DNA from: a bacterium
GTDB lineage: Bacteria > UBA8248
Length of the DNA: 64,000 nucleotides
Direction: 5' to 3'
Assembly: GCA_965203325.1 (NCBI GenBank)
Contig: OZ241875.1
Span: 384,001-448,000, forward strand
The stretch's first letter is position 1. Each line of letters opens with the position of its first letter. This document shows, in pieces, positions 10,791-21,490 of the stretch. The translations under genes and the position numbers were made by a program. Below the pieces are notes generated by a model. The model saw nothing but the letters and a program-made list of their open reading frames with translations, searched no databases and was not told the origin of the DNA.

Positions 10791-12387
10791 AATCGTCGTC
10801 AACGCCGAACCGTTCGAGACGCGCATCGCCCTGCTCGAAAACGGGGTGGCGGCCGAGCTTTATATCGAACGTGAAAGCGGCAAGAGCATCGTCGGCAACA
10901 TCTATAAGGGAAAGGTGACGAAAGTGCTGCCGGGCATGCAGGCGGCGTTCGTGGACATCGGGCTCGAGAAGGCGGGCTTTCTCTACGTGAGCGACGTCGA
11001 CACCATCGAGTCCATCGAGAATTACAGGAAACTCGCGGCCGAACAATCGGAAGACGACGATGACCTCGATTTCGAAAGCAACGATTTCAGCAACGGGGAC
11101 GCGCACGAAGGCGACAAGGACGAGCAGCAAAACGGCTCGCACCGAAACCTCATCGGGAGGCGCCCGCGCCGGTGGGAGGAAGAGCGCCACATCGAGGACC
11201 TGCTCAAAGACGGCCAGGACGTCATCGTCCAGGTCAGCAAGGAGCCCCTGGGCACCAAAGGCTCCCGCCTGACGAGCTACATCACCCTGCCCGGCCGGTA
11301 CGTGGTCTATATGCCCACGACCAAGCAAATCGGCATCAGCAGGCGAATCGAGAACGAAGAAGAGCGCAAAAGGCTCAAGAAGCTGGTGCGCAGAAACCGC
11401 CAGCCGGGAGCCGGGTATATCGTCCGCACGGCGAGTGAAACCATGCCCGCCCAGGATATCGAAGCCAACGTGAATTTCCTGCACGCGCTCTGGGAAGATG
11501 TTCTGCTCAAGAACGAATCGGCTTCTGCGCCGTCCCGGATTCATTCGAACCTGAACATCATCGAGCGGACCGTAAGGGATCTGTTCAATTCCTCCGTCGA
11601 CAGGATGATCATCGACGACAAGGAACAATACCTGAAAACCAGGGAGTTCATACAAAGCTACTACCCGCATCTGGTTCCCAAGCTCCAGCATTACGACGGC
11701 GACGAACCGATATTCGATTATTTCGGCGTGGAACTCGAAATCGAACGCGCGCTCGGCCAACGCGTGTGGCTGCGCAACGGCGGATACATCGTGATCGATC
11801 AAACCGAGGCGCTTACGACGGTCGACGTCAACACCGGGCGATACGTGGGCAAGAAGAGCCCGGAGGAGACGATCCTCGAAACGAACCTGGAAGCGGTGCG
11901 GGAAATCGTATCCCAGTTGCGCCTGCGGAACCTGGGCGGAATCATCATTGTCGATTTCATCGACATGGAAAAAGAAGAGAACAAGGAAAAGGTATTCAAC
12001 ACCTTCAAGGAGGAGCTCAGAAAAGACCGCTCGCGCACCAACATCCTGAAGATAAGCGAACTGGGGCTCGTCGAGATGACCCGGAAGCGCGTTCGAGACA
12101 GCATCCAGAGAACACTCTGCACCCCATGTCCCTATTGCGAAGGGCGCGGACAGGTGAAATCCGCGATCTCGGTGAGCTATGAAGCCATGCGGGAAGTGCG
12201 GCGGATGAGAAGAGCGCACAAGGACGCCGCGAAATTCCTCATTAACGTCCACCCTGAAGTCGTGGACATCCTTCTCGATGAAGAAAGAAGGCACGTGGAA
12301 GAACTCGAAAATCTGCTCAACATACAACTCGTCATCAAAGGCGACGCCGAACTGCATCGCGAAGGCTTCGAAGTCGTTCGGCTGTAA
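10780..12387 (+). CDS. rng: Rne/Rng family ribonuclease (RNase G-like)
   Basis: GNIYKGKV..VLPGMQAAFVDIG S1 domain, DVNTG, GGIIIVDFIDM, CPYCEGRG Zn-link. Confidence 0.93.
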   Translation: MPSEIVVNAEPFETRIALLENGVAAELYIERESGKSIVGNIYKGKVTKVLPGMQAAFVDIGLEKAGFLYVSDVDTIESIENYRKLAAEQSEDDDDLDFESNDFSNGDAHEGDKDEQQNGSHRNLIGRRPRRWEEERHIEDLLKDGQDVIVQVSKEPLGTKGSRLTSYITLPGRYVVYMPTTKQIGISRRIENEEERKRLKKLVRRNRQPGAGYIVRTASETMPAQDIEANVNFLHALWEDVLLKNESASAPSRIHSNLNIIERTVRDLFNSSVDRMIIDDKEQYLKTREFIQSYYPHLVPKLQHYDGDEPIFDYFGVELEIERALGQRVWLRNGGYIVIDQTEALTTVDVNTGRYVGKKSPEETILETNLEAVREIVSQLRLRNLGGIIIVDFIDMEKEENKEKVFNTFKEELRKDRSRTNILKISELGLVEMTRKRVRDSIQRTLCTPCPYCEGRGQVKSAISVSYEAMREVRRMRRAHKDAAKFLINVHPEVVDILLDEERRHVEELENLLNIQLVIKGDAELHREGFEVVRL

Positions 12388-12437
12388 GGAGGCGCACCGC
12401 GTTTTTCCGTGATTTTGCCGCCCTGAGGATAGATGAC

Positions 12438-13223
12438 ATGCGGCGGAGTGTATGCGCATTGGCACTCCCTGTGTTCCTGGCAGGGTGCGCCAATTTCCCC
12501 CTGTTCAGTCCAGAGCCCGCTCCCGCAGATACGCCCAGGAGCGCTTCCGCCACCGCTTCTCCCAAAAACGAATTATCCTCAACCAAAGAACGTAATGCGC
12601 GTCTTGAGGCCCGATTGGCCGAGTCCACCCGGAAAATCGAGGCGCTTACCAGGGAAATCCGCAAGCTGGAAAAGAAAAACCACACACTCGAAGCCACCGC
12701 GGAAAGGCTGAGGCGAGAGAACATCATCGCCAAAAGTTTCCCGGCTCCCCCACCCACGCGAAAGCGGATGAAACCACCGAAATCCTCTCCCCGAATGCGA
12801 GACGCAGCGCCGAAAAAGCCCGGACGAGCGTCCATCACCCCGCAGTCGCTCTACAATAAATCCTACCGCGCCGTCCGGGACGGGAAGAACGAGGCGGCCA
12901 TTCGCGGATTCCGGCGTTTCCTGCGCCTGTTCCCCGAAAATCAGTTGGCGCCCCATTCCCAGTTTTGGCTCGGAGAGGCCTACTACGCGCTCAGGCGATA
13001 CCCCGAGGCGCTGGATGCATTTCTCAATCTCATCACCAGATATCCCAAAAGCCGCAAGGTTCCGGATGCCTATTACAAACGAGGGCTTACCTATCTCCGG
13101 CGGAACTTCCCCCTCAATGCAACGCTTGAATTTGAAAAACTGGTGGAAAGTTTCCCCGCACACCCGATATCGAAAAAAGCGAGGGTCCAACTCCAAAATC
13201 TCAAGCATTCCACCCGAAAATAA
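12438..13223 (+). CDS. cpoB: CpoB/YbgF-like lipoprotein (coiled coil + TPR)
   Basis: LAGC lipobox, coiled coil, SQFWLGEAYY and YPKSRKVPDAYYKRG TPR. Confidence 0.8.
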   Translation: MRRSVCALALPVFLAGCANFPLFSPEPAPADTPRSASATASPKNELSSTKERNARLEARLAESTRKIEALTREIRKLEKKNHTLEATAERLRRENIIAKSFPAPPPTRKRMKPPKSSPRMRDAAPKKPGRASITPQSLYNKSYRAVRDGKNEAAIRGFRRFLRLFPENQLAPHSQFWLGEAYYALRRYPEALDAFLNLITRYPKSRKVPDAYYKRGLTYLRRNFPLNATLEFEKLVESFPAHPISKKARVQLQNLKHSTRK

Positions 13224-13338
13224 CCCTGAGATGGATAAATCGACCCTGCTCCTCCCGCCCCGGCCTTTTCCCGCGTCTTGACACGAGATACGGACTCCAT
13301 GTTATGGGTTCAGGTATGATGAACGCCGGAGATCGGAA

Positions 13339-14526
13339 ATGAGAACCTCAAACCCCGCGCCGCGCTTCGAGGATCACGACTCACCGAGCGAAGCCGACGT
13401 CTGGCTCGTCTTGCAAACCCTCCCGGGAATGACGCCCGAGCGCCTGAGCCGGTTGACCGAAGCGTTCGAGCGCCCTTCGGAAGCTTTCGGAGCGCCCCCC
13501 GACGTATTCGCCCGCCTTTGCGGCCGAAAAGCGCGTGAAGTTCTCGACAAGGATTCACCGGTCGATTTGGCCGCCAACATCCGCCGGGAAGCTTCGAAAC
13601 TGGGCGCAGGAATCATCACGCGCGATTCCGACCGGTATCCTGAACACTTGCGCGAGATTTACGCCCCGCCGGGCGCATTCTTTATCGAGGGCGAAATCCT
13701 TGCCGCAGATCGCCTCGCCGTCGCCATCGTCGGCATGCGGCGCCCGACGGACTACGGGAGGCGGGTGGCGAGGGAACTTGCGGCCGAACTCGCCAGAAAA
13801 GGAATCACCATCGTAAGCGGGCTGGCCTACGGAATCGACGCGGAAGCGCACAAGGCCACGCTCGATGCGGGAGGCAGAACCATCGCCGTCCTCGGGTGCG
13901 GCCTGACCCAGAACTACCCCGCCGAGCACAAGGAACTCAGACAAGAGATCGCCGCCCACGGCGCCGTGGTATCGGAATTTCACCTCCGCGCCCATCCCAG
14001 GAAAGAGAACTTTCCCCGGAGAAACCGCCTCATCAGCGGCCTCTCCCTTGCGACGGTCGTCGTCGAGGCCGCGCAGCGAAGCGGCGCGCTCCTGACCGCC
14101 CGGCTGGCGCTCGAACAAGGACGCGAGGTGATGGCCGTGCCCGGGCCCGTCCATACCCGGAAGAGCGCCGGCTGCCATCATCTGCTCAAGCAGGGAGCGC
14201 ACCTGGTGGAAAATGCGGAAGACATCATCAACGCTCTTCCAGAGTACGCCCGAAATATGCTAGACAGTCCAGCGCAGATTCGAGTCAAGGGAATGGGACC
14301 TGAAGAACCCGAAGTCCGGGAAGTTCCGAAGGCCGCGCCGCACTTGAATCTCACGGATGATGAAAATGCGCTTCTGCGCTTGCTGGAGAATGGAGACAGC
14401 ACCATAGAGAGCCTGACCCGGAAGCGGGGCCTGCCGGCGCAGGAAGTTTCATCCGCCCTGTTGCGCCTCGAGCTGGAAGGCCTCGTGAGACAAACGACCT
14501 CGGGAATGTACGAACGGGTCTTATGA
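13339..14526 (+). CDS. dprA: DNA-processing protein DprA
   Basis: AIVGMRRP, IVSGLAYGID, FPRRNRLISGLS, SGALLTA, C-terminal winged helix. Confidence 0.95.
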   Translation: MRTSNPAPRFEDHDSPSEADVWLVLQTLPGMTPERLSRLTEAFERPSEAFGAPPDVFARLCGRKAREVLDKDSPVDLAANIRREASKLGAGIITRDSDRYPEHLREIYAPPGAFFIEGEILAADRLAVAIVGMRRPTDYGRRVARELAAELARKGITIVSGLAYGIDAEAHKATLDAGGRTIAVLGCGLTQNYPAEHKELRQEIAAHGAVVSEFHLRAHPRKENFPRRNRLISGLSLATVVVEAAQRSGALLTARLALEQGREVMAVPGPVHTRKSAGCHHLLKQGAHLVENAEDIINALPEYARNMLDSPAQIRVKGMGPEEPEVREVPKAAPHLNLTDDENALLRLLENGDSTIESLTRKRGLPAQEVSSALLRLELEGLVRQTTSGMYERVL

Positions 14527-14680
14527 ACAAGCGGTCGACTCGCCCGTCGTCGGAAATTTCAGATTTGACGAATCGGCTCGCGAAGCGCAAGCGATCGCAA
14601 TTCGAGGAACAATTGCCGCCCATCAGGCTATTTCATCCACAGGCGCCGCCCCGAAAGGCTATCGTGGCCATGAGAAATAA

Positions 14681-17242
14681 ATGACCGACAAAAAAACATC
14701 GAACAAGGCGGCTTCGAAGCGCTCTCCGGGCAGGGGGTATACCCGGAAAAAGGCTTCGCGAACCACGCAAGGCGAAAAATCCGCGTCCAAGCTCCTCATC
14801 GTGGAATCGCCGACGAAAGTGCGCACCATCCAGAAATTCCTGGGCGCGGATTTCGACATCCTCGCATCGCGGGGCCACGTGCGGGATTTGATGAAAACCG
14901 GCGAGCGCAAAATGGGAATAGACGTTCGCAACGATTTCCAGGCCGATTACGGCGTCATTCAGGGAAAAGCAAAGACCATCGACCAGTTGCGCAAGGCGGC
15001 TACGGCGGCGAAGGAGATCTATCTGGCCCCCGACCCGGACCGCGAGGGCGAGGCCATCGCCTGGCACATCCAGGAACTCCTTGGGGCTTCCGGTGCCGAA
15101 AGCGAATTCTACCGGGTGACTTTCAACGAGATCACGAAACGGGCGGTGCAGGAGGCGCTCGCGAAACCCGGTCGAATCGATCAGAAAAAAGTGGACGCGC
15201 AGGAAACCCGCAGAAAGCTGGACAGGATCGTGGGCTTCAAGCTTTCCGGTGAAATACTCTGGAACAAGGTCGCTTTCGGTCTCAGTGCGGGCCGGGTGCA
15301 GTCGGTCGCGCTGAAACTGATATGCGAACGCGAAGACGCCATCGAGGCCTTCGAGCCGAAAGAATACTGGAGCATCACGGCGCATCTGGAAAAAGCGGGC
15401 TTCGAGCCCCCGTTTGAGGCCAAACTGCACCGAATCGACGGGAAAGAAGCGGAAATTCCGAACGAAGCCAGGGCGACGGAACTGGCGGAAAAGATAGCCG
15501 CCGGCGCTTTGCGGGTTTCCCGGGTCGAGAAAAAAGAGCGTCGGCGCAGACCGCCCCCCCCTTTCATCACCAGCACCCTCCAGCAGGAAAGTTCCGGCAA
15601 ACTGCGCTACGGCGCAAAAAAAACCATGCGCATCGCGCAGTCGCTGTATGAAGGGGTGAATTTAGGGCGCGAAGCGGGCAACGTCGGCCTCATCACCTAC
15701 ATGAGGACGGATTCCGTGCGTCTGGCGCCCGAGTCCGTCGCCACGGCCCGCGCTTATATCGAGACGAAATACGGGAAAGACCACCTTCCCCGCAAGCCCA
15801 ACGTCTTCAAGACGAGGGAGACGGCCCAGGACGCGCACGAGGCGATTCGGCCCACCGATGTCGGGCTCACGCCCGATAAGGTGCGGGCTTTCCTGAAACC
15901 CGAACAATTCTCCCTCTACAGCCTCATCTGGAGGCGCTTCCTCGCAAGCCAGATGGCGCCGGCCGTCTACGACCAGACGGGTGTGGATATCACCCAAGAC
16001 CGCCAGGAAGCGGATGGCGCGAACGAAGAAGAACTCCTCCTGCGGGGAAGCGGTTCCGTATTGAAATTCAATGGTTTCCTGAGGGTATATCAAACCAGTT
16101 TCGAGCCCGGAAACAACGAGGACACCCTGAAAGCCAGGACGGCCAGTTCCGAGCAGGACAGATTGCTGCCCCCACTGGAAGACGGTGACCCGCTATCGCT
16201 CGTAAAATCCGAATCCGCTCCCACAGGCGTCAAGCCCGAGCAGCACTTCACCCAGCCTCCGCCACGCTATACGGAGGCCTCTTTGGTGAAGGAGCTCGAG
16301 GAAGACGGCGTGGGCCGGCCGAGCACCTACGCGAGCATCCTGGACACGTTGGAAAAACGCAAATACGTCACCATCGAAAGAAGGCGCAGGCAATTCACGC
16401 CCTCCTCCCTTGGCAGGGAGGTGAACCGTCTCCTCATCCAGGGCTTTCCCGACCAGATCGACGTGGGCTTCACCGCGAAGATGGAAAAATACCTCGACGA
16501 CATCGAGAACGGGACGACGCCGTGGCTGCCCGTGATGAGAGATTTTTATGACAACTTCGACAGGAAAATTCAGATAGCCAAAAAAGAGTTGACGGATCTC
16601 AAGAAGATAGCAGAACCCATCGGCCGGAACTGCCCGGAGTGCGAGCGCGAGTTGGTGAAGAAATTCAGCAGAAACGGCTGGTACATCTCGTGCTCGGGAT
16701 ACCCGGACTGTCGTTATTCGGAGGACATTTCCGCCGAGAGCGAGCCCGAGCCGGAAGCGGCGGAAGAGTTGGCCCGCATCGAGGAAATCGCCCCGCCCTG
16801 CGAGAAGTGCGGCGCGCCCATGCAGGCGAAACGGGGGCGCTTTGGTATATATCTGGCCTGCACGGCATTCCCGGATACGCACAAGAAAAGGAAAGTACTC
16901 GCCAATGGACAAGTCGCCGCCGCGCCGAGGCCGACCGGGGTGTCCTGTCCCCGTGAGGGTTGCGAGGGTGAGTTGGTGGAACGGCGCGCCCGTCGGACCG
17001 GAAAACCGTTTTACGGGTGCAACCGCTTCCCGGCGTGCAAGACGGTCGCGTGGGATTGGCCCGTAACGCAGCCTTGTCCTTCTTGCGGGAATCCCATCCT
17101 CACCATCAAGACCACCAAGAAGAGCGGGAATCAGCTCGTTTGCCCCCAAAAAGAATGCGGATATGCGGTAGAATGTCCCCCGGAACTTATCGAACAGATG
17201 GAAGCCTCGAAAGCCACTCCCGCCCAGGAGGCTTCGGCTTGA
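14681..17242 (+). CDS. topA: DNA topoisomerase I
   Basis: LIVESPTK, DPDREGEAI, SAGRVQS, ITYMRTDS (catalytic Tyr), C-terminal Zn ribbons. Confidence 0.97.
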   Translation: MTDKKTSNKAASKRSPGRGYTRKKASRTTQGEKSASKLLIVESPTKVRTIQKFLGADFDILASRGHVRDLMKTGERKMGIDVRNDFQADYGVIQGKAKTIDQLRKAATAAKEIYLAPDPDREGEAIAWHIQELLGASGAESEFYRVTFNEITKRAVQEALAKPGRIDQKKVDAQETRRKLDRIVGFKLSGEILWNKVAFGLSAGRVQSVALKLICEREDAIEAFEPKEYWSITAHLEKAGFEPPFEAKLHRIDGKEAEIPNEARATELAEKIAAGALRVSRVEKKERRRRPPPPFITSTLQQESSGKLRYGAKKTMRIAQSLYEGVNLGREAGNVGLITYMRTDSVRLAPESVATARAYIETKYGKDHLPRKPNVFKTRETAQDAHEAIRPTDVGLTPDKVRAFLKPEQFSLYSLIWRRFLASQMAPAVYDQTGVDITQDRQEADGANEEELLLRGSGSVLKFNGFLRVYQTSFEPGNNEDTLKARTASSEQDRLLPPLEDGDPLSLVKSESAPTGVKPEQHFTQPPPRYTEASLVKELEEDGVGRPSTYASILDTLEKRKYVTIERRRRQFTPSSLGREVNRLLIQGFPDQIDVGFTAKMEKYLDDIENGTTPWLPVMRDFYDNFDRKIQIAKKELTDLKKIAEPIGRNCPECERELVKKFSRNGWYISCSGYPDCRYSEDISAESEPEPEAAEELARIEEIAPPCEKCGAPMQAKRGRFGIYLACTAFPDTHKKRKVLANGQVAAAPRPTGVSCPREGCEGELVERRARRTGKPFYGCNRFPACKTVAWDWPVTQPCPSCGNPILTIKTTKKSGNQLVCPQKECGYAVECPPELIEQMEASKATPAQEASA

Positions 17243-18573
17243 GCGACAGACTGCGGATCATCGGCGGCGGCCTGGCGGGCTGTGAAGCCGCCTGGCAGGC
17301 GGCCAGACGGGGCGTCGAGGTCGACCTCTACGAGATGCGACCCCACAAGAAAACGCCCGCCCATGAAACCAGCGGGCTGGCCGAACTCGTGTGCTCGAAC
17401 TCTTTCCGCTCGAATTCGGTGGAAAACGCCTCGGGCCTGCTCAAAGAAGAAATGCGAAAGCTCGATTCGCTCATCCTGCGGGGCGCGGACTCCTGCCGGG
17501 TTCCCGCAGGATTGGCGTTGGCCGTCGACAGGGCGTCTTTCAGCGAAGCGGTCACCGAAGCAATCGCAAACGACCCGCATATCACCGTCCACAGAGAAGA
17601 AATCCGGGATTTGGAGGATAAAACCCTCACCATCGTCGCCACCGGTCCGCTCACGAGCGATTCCCTCTCGGCGGAAATCGCCCGCCTGACGCAAGGCAAG
17701 TACCTGTATTTCTACGACGCCATCTCCCCCATCCTGCACGCGGACAGCATCGACATGTCGGTGGCGTTCATGGGTTCGCGCTACGGAAAGGGCAACGAAG
17801 AAGGCGGCGAGGGCGACTATCTCAACCTGGGGCTCAACGAAACGCAGTATTACCAATTCGTCGGGGATCTTCTCGAAGGCGAAAAAATCCCCCTCAGGGA
17901 ATTCGAGCGCGCCATCTATTTCGAGGGCTGCCTGCCTCTCGAAGAAATGGCCGCGCGCGGAAAAGACACCCTGGCGTTCGGGCCGATGAAGCCCGTGGGT
18001 CTGGAGCATCCCGAAACGGGGGAGACCTACTGCGCGGTCGCTCAACTCAGACGCGAGGATTTGACGGGAGATTACTTCTCCATGGTGGGCTTTCAGACCA
18101 GGCTGCGCTATCCGGAGCAAAAGCGCATCTTCTCGACGCTCCCCGCTCTCGGGAACGCGCGCTTTTTGCGCTACGGAAGCCTCCACAGGAACACCTACAT
18201 CAATGCGCCGCGCCTGATGCGGATAACCTTACAACTCAAGCGTCACCCCCATATCTTCATGGCGGGCCAGCTCACCGGCGTCGAAGGGTACCTCGAATCG
18301 GCGGCCATCGGCCTGATCGCCGGCATCAACGCGGCCGCTCTCATCCATGGAGAACCCGTAATTCCTCCGCCCGCAACGACTGCGCTCGGCGCCCTGAACC
18401 GCTACATCATCGAGGCGAATCCGAGAAATTTCCAGCCCATGAACATCAACTACGGCCTCTTCCCGCCCCTGGAAAAGCGCGTTCCCAAGAAATTCAGGAA
18501 AAAGCACATCACCAGTCGCGCCATCGAGGATCTGGAGCAATGGAGAAGCAAGCTCGCCTCACAAACAGTCTGA
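17239..18573 (+). CDS. trmFO: Folate/FAD-dependent tRNA m5U54 methyltransferase TrmFO
   Basis: IIGGGLAGCEAA, AELVCSNSF, YFYDAISP, FGPMKPVGL, GQLTGVEGY; TTG start overlapping topA stop. Confidence 0.95.
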   Translation: MSDRLRIIGGGLAGCEAAWQAARRGVEVDLYEMRPHKKTPAHETSGLAELVCSNSFRSNSVENASGLLKEEMRKLDSLILRGADSCRVPAGLALAVDRASFSEAVTEAIANDPHITVHREEIRDLEDKTLTIVATGPLTSDSLSAEIARLTQGKYLYFYDAISPILHADSIDMSVAFMGSRYGKGNEEGGEGDYLNLGLNETQYYQFVGDLLEGEKIPLREFERAIYFEGCLPLEEMAARGKDTLAFGPMKPVGLEHPETGETYCAVAQLRREDLTGDYFSMVGFQTRLRYPEQKRIFSTLPALGNARFLRYGSLHRNTYINAPRLMRITLQLKRHPHIFMAGQLTGVEGYLESAAIGLIAGINAAALIHGEPVIPPPATTALGALNRYIIEANPRNFQPMNINYGLFPPLEKRVPKKFRKKHITSRAIEDLEQWRSKLASQTV

Positions 18574-19484
18574 GCGAAGCCCGGGGGTTGTTCGAAGCGC
18601 ACCTGCGCGATGAGCGCGACAGTTCGGAGCACACGGTTCGCGCATACGCGGCGGACTTGAAAGACTTCGATGAGTTCCTCACCGATTGGGCGCAAAAGCC
18701 GGTACCGCTCGCCGAAATCGATTCTGTGGCCGTTCGCGGCTATCTCGGATTTTTGTACCGCAAGGGCGTCTCTCCGACGACGGTGAACCGGCATCTATCG
18801 AGCATACGCAGCCTGTTTCGCTTTTTAAGGCGAGAAGGCTTCTCCGTGGACGACCCGGCGGGGGAAGTGCCCTCCCCTAAAGAAAACAGGCCCTTGCCGA
18901 CGTTCCTGCCCGTAGATGACGCCGTTCGCCTCATGGAGATGCCCGATACGTCGACGCCAGAAGGCGTCCGGGACAAGGCGATTTTCGAGTTGCTCTACGG
19001 GTCGGGGCTGCGGGTGAGCGAATTGACGGGGCTCAACCACTCGGATTTGAACATGGCGGAAAGGCTCATCCGCGTTCGCGGAAAAGGAAGAAAAGAGAGG
19101 ATCGTGCCCATCACCAAGGAGGCGGCCAAAGCCGTAGACAACCACCTCGCTCGGAAAGAAACAGGCGCGCTCGAGGATTCACCGCTTTTCATCAACAAGC
19201 GAAACAAGCGGATTTCTCCGGCCTTCGTGCGCTCCATCTTCCGCGCGTATGAAAAAAAAGGCGGTTTCGGCTATCATTTCACCCCTCATGCCCTCCGCCA
19301 TACGGCGGCGACGCATTTGCTGGAAAGCCAGGAGGCCGACCTGAGATCGATTCAGGAACTGTTGGGGCACGCGAGCCTCTCCACGACGCAAAGATACACG
19401 CAGGTGGATTTCTCACACCTGCGCGCCGTGTATGACGACGCGCACCCTCGGGCAAGAAGAAACGCGAACGAGGACGATAGATGA
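18540..19484 (+). CDS. xerC: Tyrosine recombinase XerC
   Basis: GLRVSEL, GKGRKER, HALRH, LLGH, TTQRY catalytic residues; usual position before hslV. Confidence 0.9.
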   Translation: MEKQARLTNSLSEARGLFEAHLRDERDSSEHTVRAYAADLKDFDEFLTDWAQKPVPLAEIDSVAVRGYLGFLYRKGVSPTTVNRHLSSIRSLFRFLRREGFSVDDPAGEVPSPKENRPLPTFLPVDDAVRLMEMPDTSTPEGVRDKAIFELLYGSGLRVSELTGLNHSDLNMAERLIRVRGKGRKERIVPITKEAAKAVDNHLARKETGALEDSPLFINKRNKRISPAFVRSIFRAYEKKGGFGYHFTPHALRHTAATHLLESQEADLRSIQELLGHASLSTTQRYTQVDFSHLRAVYDDAHPRARRNANEDDR

Positions 19485-20029
19485 CGACGCCGGGTGAAAC
19501 CATTCGCTCCACTACCATTCTCGCGCTGCGCTACAAGGGGCGAACGGCCCTGGGCGGGGACGGGCAGGTCACCATGGGAAATGCAGCGGTGAAGCACGGC
19601 GCCGTGAAAATACGCAGGCTCGGCGACGGGAAAGTGCTCGCCGGTTTCGCGGGTTCGGCTTCCGACGCCATCGCCCTGTTCGAGCGATTCGAGGGAAAAC
19701 TCGAAGAATTCCGCGGGAACCTCTCCCGCGCCGCCGTGGAGATGGGCAAGGACTGGAGAACGGACAGGGTCTTGCGCCGTCTCGAAGCCCTTCTGGCCGT
19801 TGCGGATGAGGAAACCTCGCTCATCCTCTCGGGTACGGGCGACATCATCGAGCCCGACGACGGCGTTCTCGGAATCGGCAGCGGCGGCCCCATGGCCATC
19901 GCCGCCGCGCGCGGAATCCTGAGTCTGGAGCCCGATCTCGGCGCAGAGGAAATCGTAAAAAAATCTCTGGAAATCGCAGCGGATATCTGCGTCTACACCA
20001 ACAGCAACATTACAGTGGAAACCCTTTGA
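19481..20029 (+). CDS. hslV: ATP-dependent protease subunit HslV
   Basis: STTILA, GDGQVT, GFAGS, GIGSGG, DICVYTN. Confidence 0.96.
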   Translation: MTTPGETIRSTTILALRYKGRTALGGDGQVTMGNAAVKHGAVKIRRLGDGKVLAGFAGSASDAIALFERFEGKLEEFRGNLSRAAVEMGKDWRTDRVLRRLEALLAVADEETSLILSGTGDIIEPDDGVLGIGSGGPMAIAAARGILSLEPDLGAEEIVKKSLEIAADICVYTNSNITVETL

Positions 20030-21387
20030 TGGAAAATCTCACTCCCACACGAATCGTTGAGGAACTCGACCGCTACGTCATCGGCCAGAAAGACGCCAAG
20101 CGAGCGGTGGCGGTTGCGCTCAGAAACCGCTGGCGCAGACAGCAACTCCCGCCCGAGATGGCGGAGGACGTCGCCCCAAAGAACATTATCATGATCGGCC
20201 CCACCGGCGTCGGCAAAACCGAGATCGCCAGACGCCTGGCCAAGCTCGCGAAAAGCCCGTTCATCAAGGTCGAGGCCAGCAAATTCACCGAGGTGGGTTA
20301 CGTGGGCCGCGACGTCGAGAGCATGATTCGCGACCTCGTCGAACTGGCGCGCAACATCGTTCAGGACGAGCAGCGCGATATCAACAAAGCCAAAGCCCAG
20401 GAACTGGCCGAAGATCGCCTGCTGGACCTTCTTCTGCCGCATCCCCCCGGGTTCGGCGCGATGGACGAGCGCGGCCAGTCCCAGGACCCGCTCGGAGAGG
20501 AGAGCTACCAGCGAACGCGGGAGAAGTTTCGCGCCCTGTTGCTCGAAGGAAAGCTCGACGACCGGGAAGTGGAGGTAGAAGTGGCGGACAAAGGCCCCGA
20601 AATCCATTTCATGGGCGGGAGCGATCTGGAGCAGATCGGCATCAACATGAAGGAGATCATGGGAAATTTCATGCCCCAAAGCCCGAAGAGCAGGCGCATG
20701 AAGGTGCCGGAGGCTTTCGAATACCTCGCTCAGGAGGAAGCGGACAAACTCATCGACTCGGACAGCCTGAACGCCGAGGCCATCGAGCGCACCGAGCAGT
20801 CCGGCATCGTGTTCCTCGATGAGGTCGACAAGGTCGCCGCCCAGAACAACGGCAGAGGCGGCCCCGACGTCTCGCGCGAGGGCGTGCAAAGAGACCTGCT
20901 TCCCATCGTGGAAGGCTCCACCGTACAGACAAAGTACGGTCCGGTGAAGACGGACCACATCCTCTTCATCGCGGCGGGAGCATTCCACATGGCCAAACCC
21001 TCGGACCTCCTCCCCGAGCTGCAGGGCCGCTTTCCCATCCGCGTGGAACTCGATTCGCTGGACCGCGACGATTTCATACGCATACTCCAGGAACCGGAAA
21101 ACGCGCTGGTGCGCCAATACCCCGCTCTTCTGGCGACCGAGGGCGTCAACATCGCGTTCGGGGAAGACGCCGTGAAGGAAGTGGCCGACTTCGCCTTCCG
21201 CATCAACGAGCAGACCGAAAACATCGGCGCCAGAAGACTCCACACCATCATGGAACGGCTTCTCGAGGAAATTTCCTTCCGGGCGCCCGAGATGTCAGGT
21301 GAAAACGTGGAGATAGACGCCGCCTACGTGCGCGAGCGCCTCACCGACATCGTCGAAGACCTTGACTTGAGCCGTTATATTCTCTAA
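20026..21387 (+). CDS. hslU: ATP-dependent protease ATPase subunit HslU
   Basis: [35 protein letters not shown]-terminal DLSRYIL. Confidence 0.97.
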   Translation: MMENLTPTRIVEELDRYVIGQKDAKRAVAVALRNRWRRQQLPPEMAEDVAPKNIIMIGPTGVGKTEIARRLAKLAKSPFIKVEASKFTEVGYVGRDVESMIRDLVELARNIVQDEQRDINKAKAQELAEDRLLDLLLPHPPGFGAMDERGQSQDPLGEESYQRTREKFRALLLEGKLDDREVEVEVADKGPEIHFMGGSDLEQIGINMKEIMGNFMPQSPKSRRMKVPEAFEYLAQEEADKLIDSDSLNAEAIERTEQSGIVFLDEVDKVAAQNNGRGGPDVSREGVQRDLLPIVEGSTVQTKYGPVKTDHILFIAAGAFHMAKPSDLLPELQGRFPIRVELDSLDRDDFIRILQEPENALVRQYPALLATEGVNIAFGEDAVKEVADFAFRINEQTENIGARRLHTIMERLLEEISFRAPEMSGENVEIDAAYVRERLTDIVEDLDLSRYIL

Positions 21388-21447
21388 ACCTTCTGCCCCT
21401 CCCCCTTGGCCTTGCGCCTCGGGGGAGTGTATATTCCTCGGCTTATG

Positions 21448-21478
21448 ACGAGAGAGCCGTAGCTCATCGTTTCTTTTT
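21448..21478 (+). terminator. Terminator-like hairpin in the argB leader
   Basis: ACGA-ga-GAGC cgta GCTC-a-TCGT followed by TTCTTTTT. Confidence 0.45.
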
Positions 21479-21490
21479 GAAGGTTCAGAC

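Noticed and set aside
10633..12465. 610-aa antisense ORF over rng
   Set aside because: Shadow frame of a GC-rich gene with no recognisable motifs.
13339..14526. dprA plus pilM as a competence island
   Set aside because: They are 48 kb apart, each in a housekeeping context, with no comE genes or pilins in the window.
14527..14680. Small gene (smg-like), tRNA or origin between dprA and topA
   Set aside because: No suitable + strand ORF or cloverleaf; only one near-match DnaA box (TCATCCACA).
18540..19484. Tyrosine recombinase as a prophage, island or integron integrase
   Set aside because: It sits in the conserved trmFO-xerC-hslVU context, with no att sites, cassettes or cargo.
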